From an uncultured Bacilli bacterium (GTDB lineage: Bacteria; Bacillota_I; Bacilli_A; RF39; UBA660): 60,390 nucleotides of DNA. Of this stretch, positions 58,448 to 60,390 are shown one piece after another. The translations under genes were made by a program, and so were the position numbers. The stretch spans positions 1 through 60,390 of the forward strand of contig CALVZA010000016.1 of the NCBI GenBank assembly GCA_944372415.1, read 5' to 3'. Under the pieces are notes generated by a model, which saw nothing but the letters and a program-made list of their open reading frames with translations, was not told the DNA's origin and ran no database searches. Position 1 is the stretch's first letter, and each line of letters starts with the position of its first letter.

Positions 58448-58989
58448 CTCTTTATTTTTTCTTTTACTTCTTTTATAAATTTATTTATTTCATTCTCATG
58501 AGATAAAATATCATTAGATTTTAAGCAATTATAAAATTGATGTTTTAAAATTATTTTCATATTAGTAACATCAGTAAAACTATTTAAACTTGTTAATGAG
58601 GTTTCAGTACTATATAAACTATTATCTTTAAAATCTATTGATAGAGATATCATTTTCTTAGCATTTAACTCATTCCTAGCATATAATGGATTTAATCTAT
58701 CAATAAAAATTTTTAAATCACCAGATAACAAATTCTATCTAGTAAGAGTTATGAACAGTATACACTATACAGTCAGTATTATTAATTAAATCAATATTTT
58801 TTTATCATCAGTAAAGTTACAAACACCAATCTTTATAACAATACATAGAGTATGTACAAATGTGTATTTTTTGATTACCAGGAAGAGTATTATTGATGAA
58901 TAAATTTTTTCTTTATCTAATTGTTCTTTAACTAAATTAGCAATTTTTAATAGATTATCAATTTTTATTGGATAAACGACTATTAACAT
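58444..58989 (-). pseudogene. Decayed flavodoxin-fold FMN reductase / iron-sulfur-flavoprotein-like gene
   Basis: The two listed ORFs (58786..58989 and 58444..58731) are in the same frame and are separated by three in-frame stops: TAA 58788-58786, TAG 58767-58765 and TAG 58737-58735. The C-terminal part keeps LSGDLKIFIDRL. The N-terminal part keeps C-x-x-x-x-x-G-x-C-x-x-x-DD but has lost the GSPR-type loop. Confidence 0.45.
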
Positions 58990-59089
58990 AAAAAACTTTT
59001 TTCTATATTTATTATTTACTAAAACGATAAAGTTATTCCAATAAAAGTATTATATTAATAAAATAGGCAATAATACGAATGGTGATTAA

Positions 59090-59728
59090 ATGGAAATAAT
59101 TCTTAGATCTATTATTACTTTTATAGTTCTATTAATTACTATAAATATATTAGGTAAAAAACAAATTCAACATTTAACAATGTATGATTACGTTATTGGT
59201 ATAACTATTGGAAGCATAGCAGCAGATAGTATTATAAGTACTGATTTACCTATTATTAACGGAATAATATCTTTAATTTTATTTGGTATAATTGGTTATG
59301 TTATATCTTATATAACTTATAAAAGTCATGGAATAGAAGAATACATAGATGGAGAACCAGTTATTTTATTTTATAAAAATAAATTTATAACAGAAAATTT
59401 AGAAAAGACTAAGTTGAGTGTAGCACAAGTTTTAGAACAATGTAGATTAAAAGGATGTTTTGATTTAAATTATTTAGATTGTGCTATTTTAGAACCAAGT
59501 GGAGGAATAAGTATTTTATTAAAACAAGAAAATATAAAAAAAAATAAAAAACAAAGTTTATGTTATGCTTTAATTATTGATGGACAAGTAGACTATTCAG
59601 AATTAAAAAGATTAGGAAAAAAAGAAAAATGGTTAAAAGATATATTAAAAAGTAAAAAAACTAAAATAAAAAATATATTGCTATTAAGTGTTGATGAACA
59701 AGGTGATACAAGAATATTTGAAAAATAA
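59090..59728 (+). CDS. DUF421 (YetF-like) membrane protein
   Basis: N-terminus LRSIITFIVLLITINILGKKQIQHLTMYDYVIGITIGSIAA fits the DUF421 pattern (GKRxxxxLxxFDxVxxIxIG). SD is GGTGA. Confidence 0.65.
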   Translation: MEIILRSIITFIVLLITINILGKKQIQHLTMYDYVIGITIGSIAADSIISTDLPIINGIISLILFGIIGYVISYITYKSHGIEEYIDGEPVILFYKNKFITENLEKTKLSVAQVLEQCRLKGCFDLNYLDCAILEPSGGISILLKQENIKKNKKQSLCYALIIDGQVDYSELKRLGKKEKWLKDILKSKKTKIKNILLLSVDEQGDTRIFEK

Positions 59729-59906
59729 TATTACATTTAAAATAAATTAATCTATCATTATAAAAGTAAATAAAAAAAGTGGTGAATCGTTATAGTAAAT
59801 GAATTCAAAAAATAAGAAATTTTAGTAGAAAACTAAAAAAACATCTATATATAAAATACGCATTTAGTGCAATAATTAAAATAAAAAAATGTGCTCGATA
59901 TAGATA

Positions 59907-59935
59907 TTGTAAAAACGTTATGTGTATGCTAGAAT
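59907..59935 (+). promoter_or_regulatory. Promoter of tRNA-Glu
   Basis: TTGTAA (59907-59912), 17 nt spacer, TAGAAT (59930-59935) with TGC immediately upstream (extended -10). Confidence 0.55.
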
Positions 59936-59962
59936 ATAATATATATTTTAAAATGCATTTAT

Positions 59963-60039
59963 GGTCTGTTGGTGAAGTGGCTTAACACACCACCCTCTCA
60001 AGGTGGCATTCACGGGTTCGAAACCCGTACAGACTACCA
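59963..60039 (+). tRNA. tRNA-Glu, anticodon CUC, with encoded CCA
   Basis: Hand-folded cloverleaf. Acceptor stem ggtctgt/acagact (G1-U72). Anticodon stem ccacc/ggtgg with loop c-t-CTC-a-a (anticodon at 59997-59999). Variable loop cattc. T-arm acggg-ttcgaaa-cccgt. Discriminator A plus CCA. The overall sequence closely resembles Bacillus-type tRNA-Glu. Confidence 0.85.
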
Positions 60040-60049
60040 AATGAAAATA

Positions 60050-60101
60050 AAACTGATATATTAATGAAATATAGCATTATCATAAATATTTCAGTTTTTT
60101 T
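60050..60101 (+). terminator. Terminator-like long hairpin after tRNA-Glu
   Basis: Arms aaactgatatatt (60050-60062) and aatatttcagttt (60085-60097), pairing at 12 of 13 positions, followed by a T run. Confidence 0.45.
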
Positions 60102-60232
60102 AAATTTTAAGTAAATTTTCTATTTACAAATGAATATACTTGTTATATAGTAGTATGCATACCCAAAAAAGAAATAAAATTGATAAAATTTGTTACAATT
60201 CAAGTAAATTAGTAAAAAACTTAATTTTTTAC

Positions 60233-60261
60233 TTGCATTATCGATTTAAATTTGGTATATT
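60233..60261 (+). promoter_or_regulatory. Candidate rRNA operon promoter
   Basis: TTGCAT (60233-60238), 17 nt spacer, TATATT (60256-60261) with TGG immediately upstream. Confidence 0.5.
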
Positions 60262-60291
60262 AATAATGCACTTGAAAAAAGTGTGAAATGA

Positions 60292-60306
60292 TCTTTGAAA
60301 ACTAAG
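60292..60306 (+). promoter_or_regulatory. boxA-like rRNA leader (antitermination) element
   Basis: tctttgaaaactaag matches the TTCTTTGAAAACTA motif that I recall from Firmicute rrn leaders and spacers. Confidence 0.35.
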
Positions 60307-60364
60307 TAAAAAGAATTTGAGTAATGAGGCTAGTATCAATTCTGATATAAATTTATTATAAATT

Positions 60365-60390
60365 TTTATTGAGAGTTTGATCCTGGCTCA
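60365..60390 (+). rRNA. rrs: 16S rRNA gene, first ~26 nt (truncated by the window end)
   Basis: tttattgAGAGTTTGATCCTGGCTCA is the universal 16S 5' end (the 27F primer site). The exact 5' end is approximate. Confidence 0.9.

Noticed and set aside
1-60390. The possibility that this very AT-rich, mollicute-like sequence uses genetic code 4 (TGA = Trp).
   Set aside because: Long ORFs are intact under the standard code and Trp positions are TGG. TGA serves as the stop in ATGA start/stop overlaps at 30874-30877 and 41419-41422.
1-60390. CRISPR arrays, insertion sequences, prophage or integrative elements, including integration next to the tRNA at 59963.
   Set aside because: There are no regularly spaced direct repeats. 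There are no transposase, integrase or recombinase-like ORFs, no terminal inverted repeats, and no duplicated tRNA 3' end flanking any block.

Overview
This is a 60.4-kb, extremely AT-rich chromosomal segment from a wall-bearing, low-GC Gram-positive-type (Bacillota-like) bacterium. The standard genetic code applies: TGA ends genes at 30875-30877 and 41420-41422, and Trp is TGG. I saw no transposase, integrase, phage gene or CRISPR array. Contents from left to right: (1) the 3' part of a Fic-domain gene, coupled to a NUDIX hydrolase. (2) A PP-loop protein translationally coupled to a MurD-family ligase, a candidate MurL/MurD2 route to peptidoglycan D-Glu. (3) A minus-strand DNA-repair block: addB, then addA, a minimal UvrD-like helicase and a NodB deacetylase. 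addB and addA are separated by a GtrB-like GT2 gene and a pentapeptide-repeat-like gene. (4) Peptidoglycan-remodelling genes: NlpC/P60, a VanY-type M15 peptidase and a PgdA-like deacetylase. (5) An N-domain-less clpB behind a perfect CIRCE operator, then a TetR regulator and an RluA-type pseudouridine synthase. (6) An uncharacterised module in which three DUF1292-like paralogues bracket a 786-aa acidic coiled-coil membrane protein. (7) An approximately 31-kb, all-plus-strand wall-glycopolymer (teichoic-acid-like) super-locus running from tagO (27098) to a HAD-GtrA fusion (58447). It holds two ABC-2 exporters, three TagF-type polyol-phosphate transferases, CDP-alditol synthesis genes, two GtrB-type and one UbiA-type lipid-carrier charging enzymes, YfhO plus another candidate GT-C, and two Wzy_C/O-antigen-ligase-like proteins. 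One of these is fused to GT4 and TagA/WecG domains. (8) A decayed flavoprotein pseudogene, a DUF421 gene, a stand-alone tRNA-Glu(CUC), and the promoter, leader and first ~26 nt of a 16S rRNA gene. The best candidates for something undescribed are the DUF1292-trio/coiled-coil module, the UbiA + GT-C + HAD-GtrA lipid-linked pentofuranose branch, and the Wzy_C-GT4-TagA triple fusion. All functional calls rest on motifs I could read in the translations. No database search was possible.
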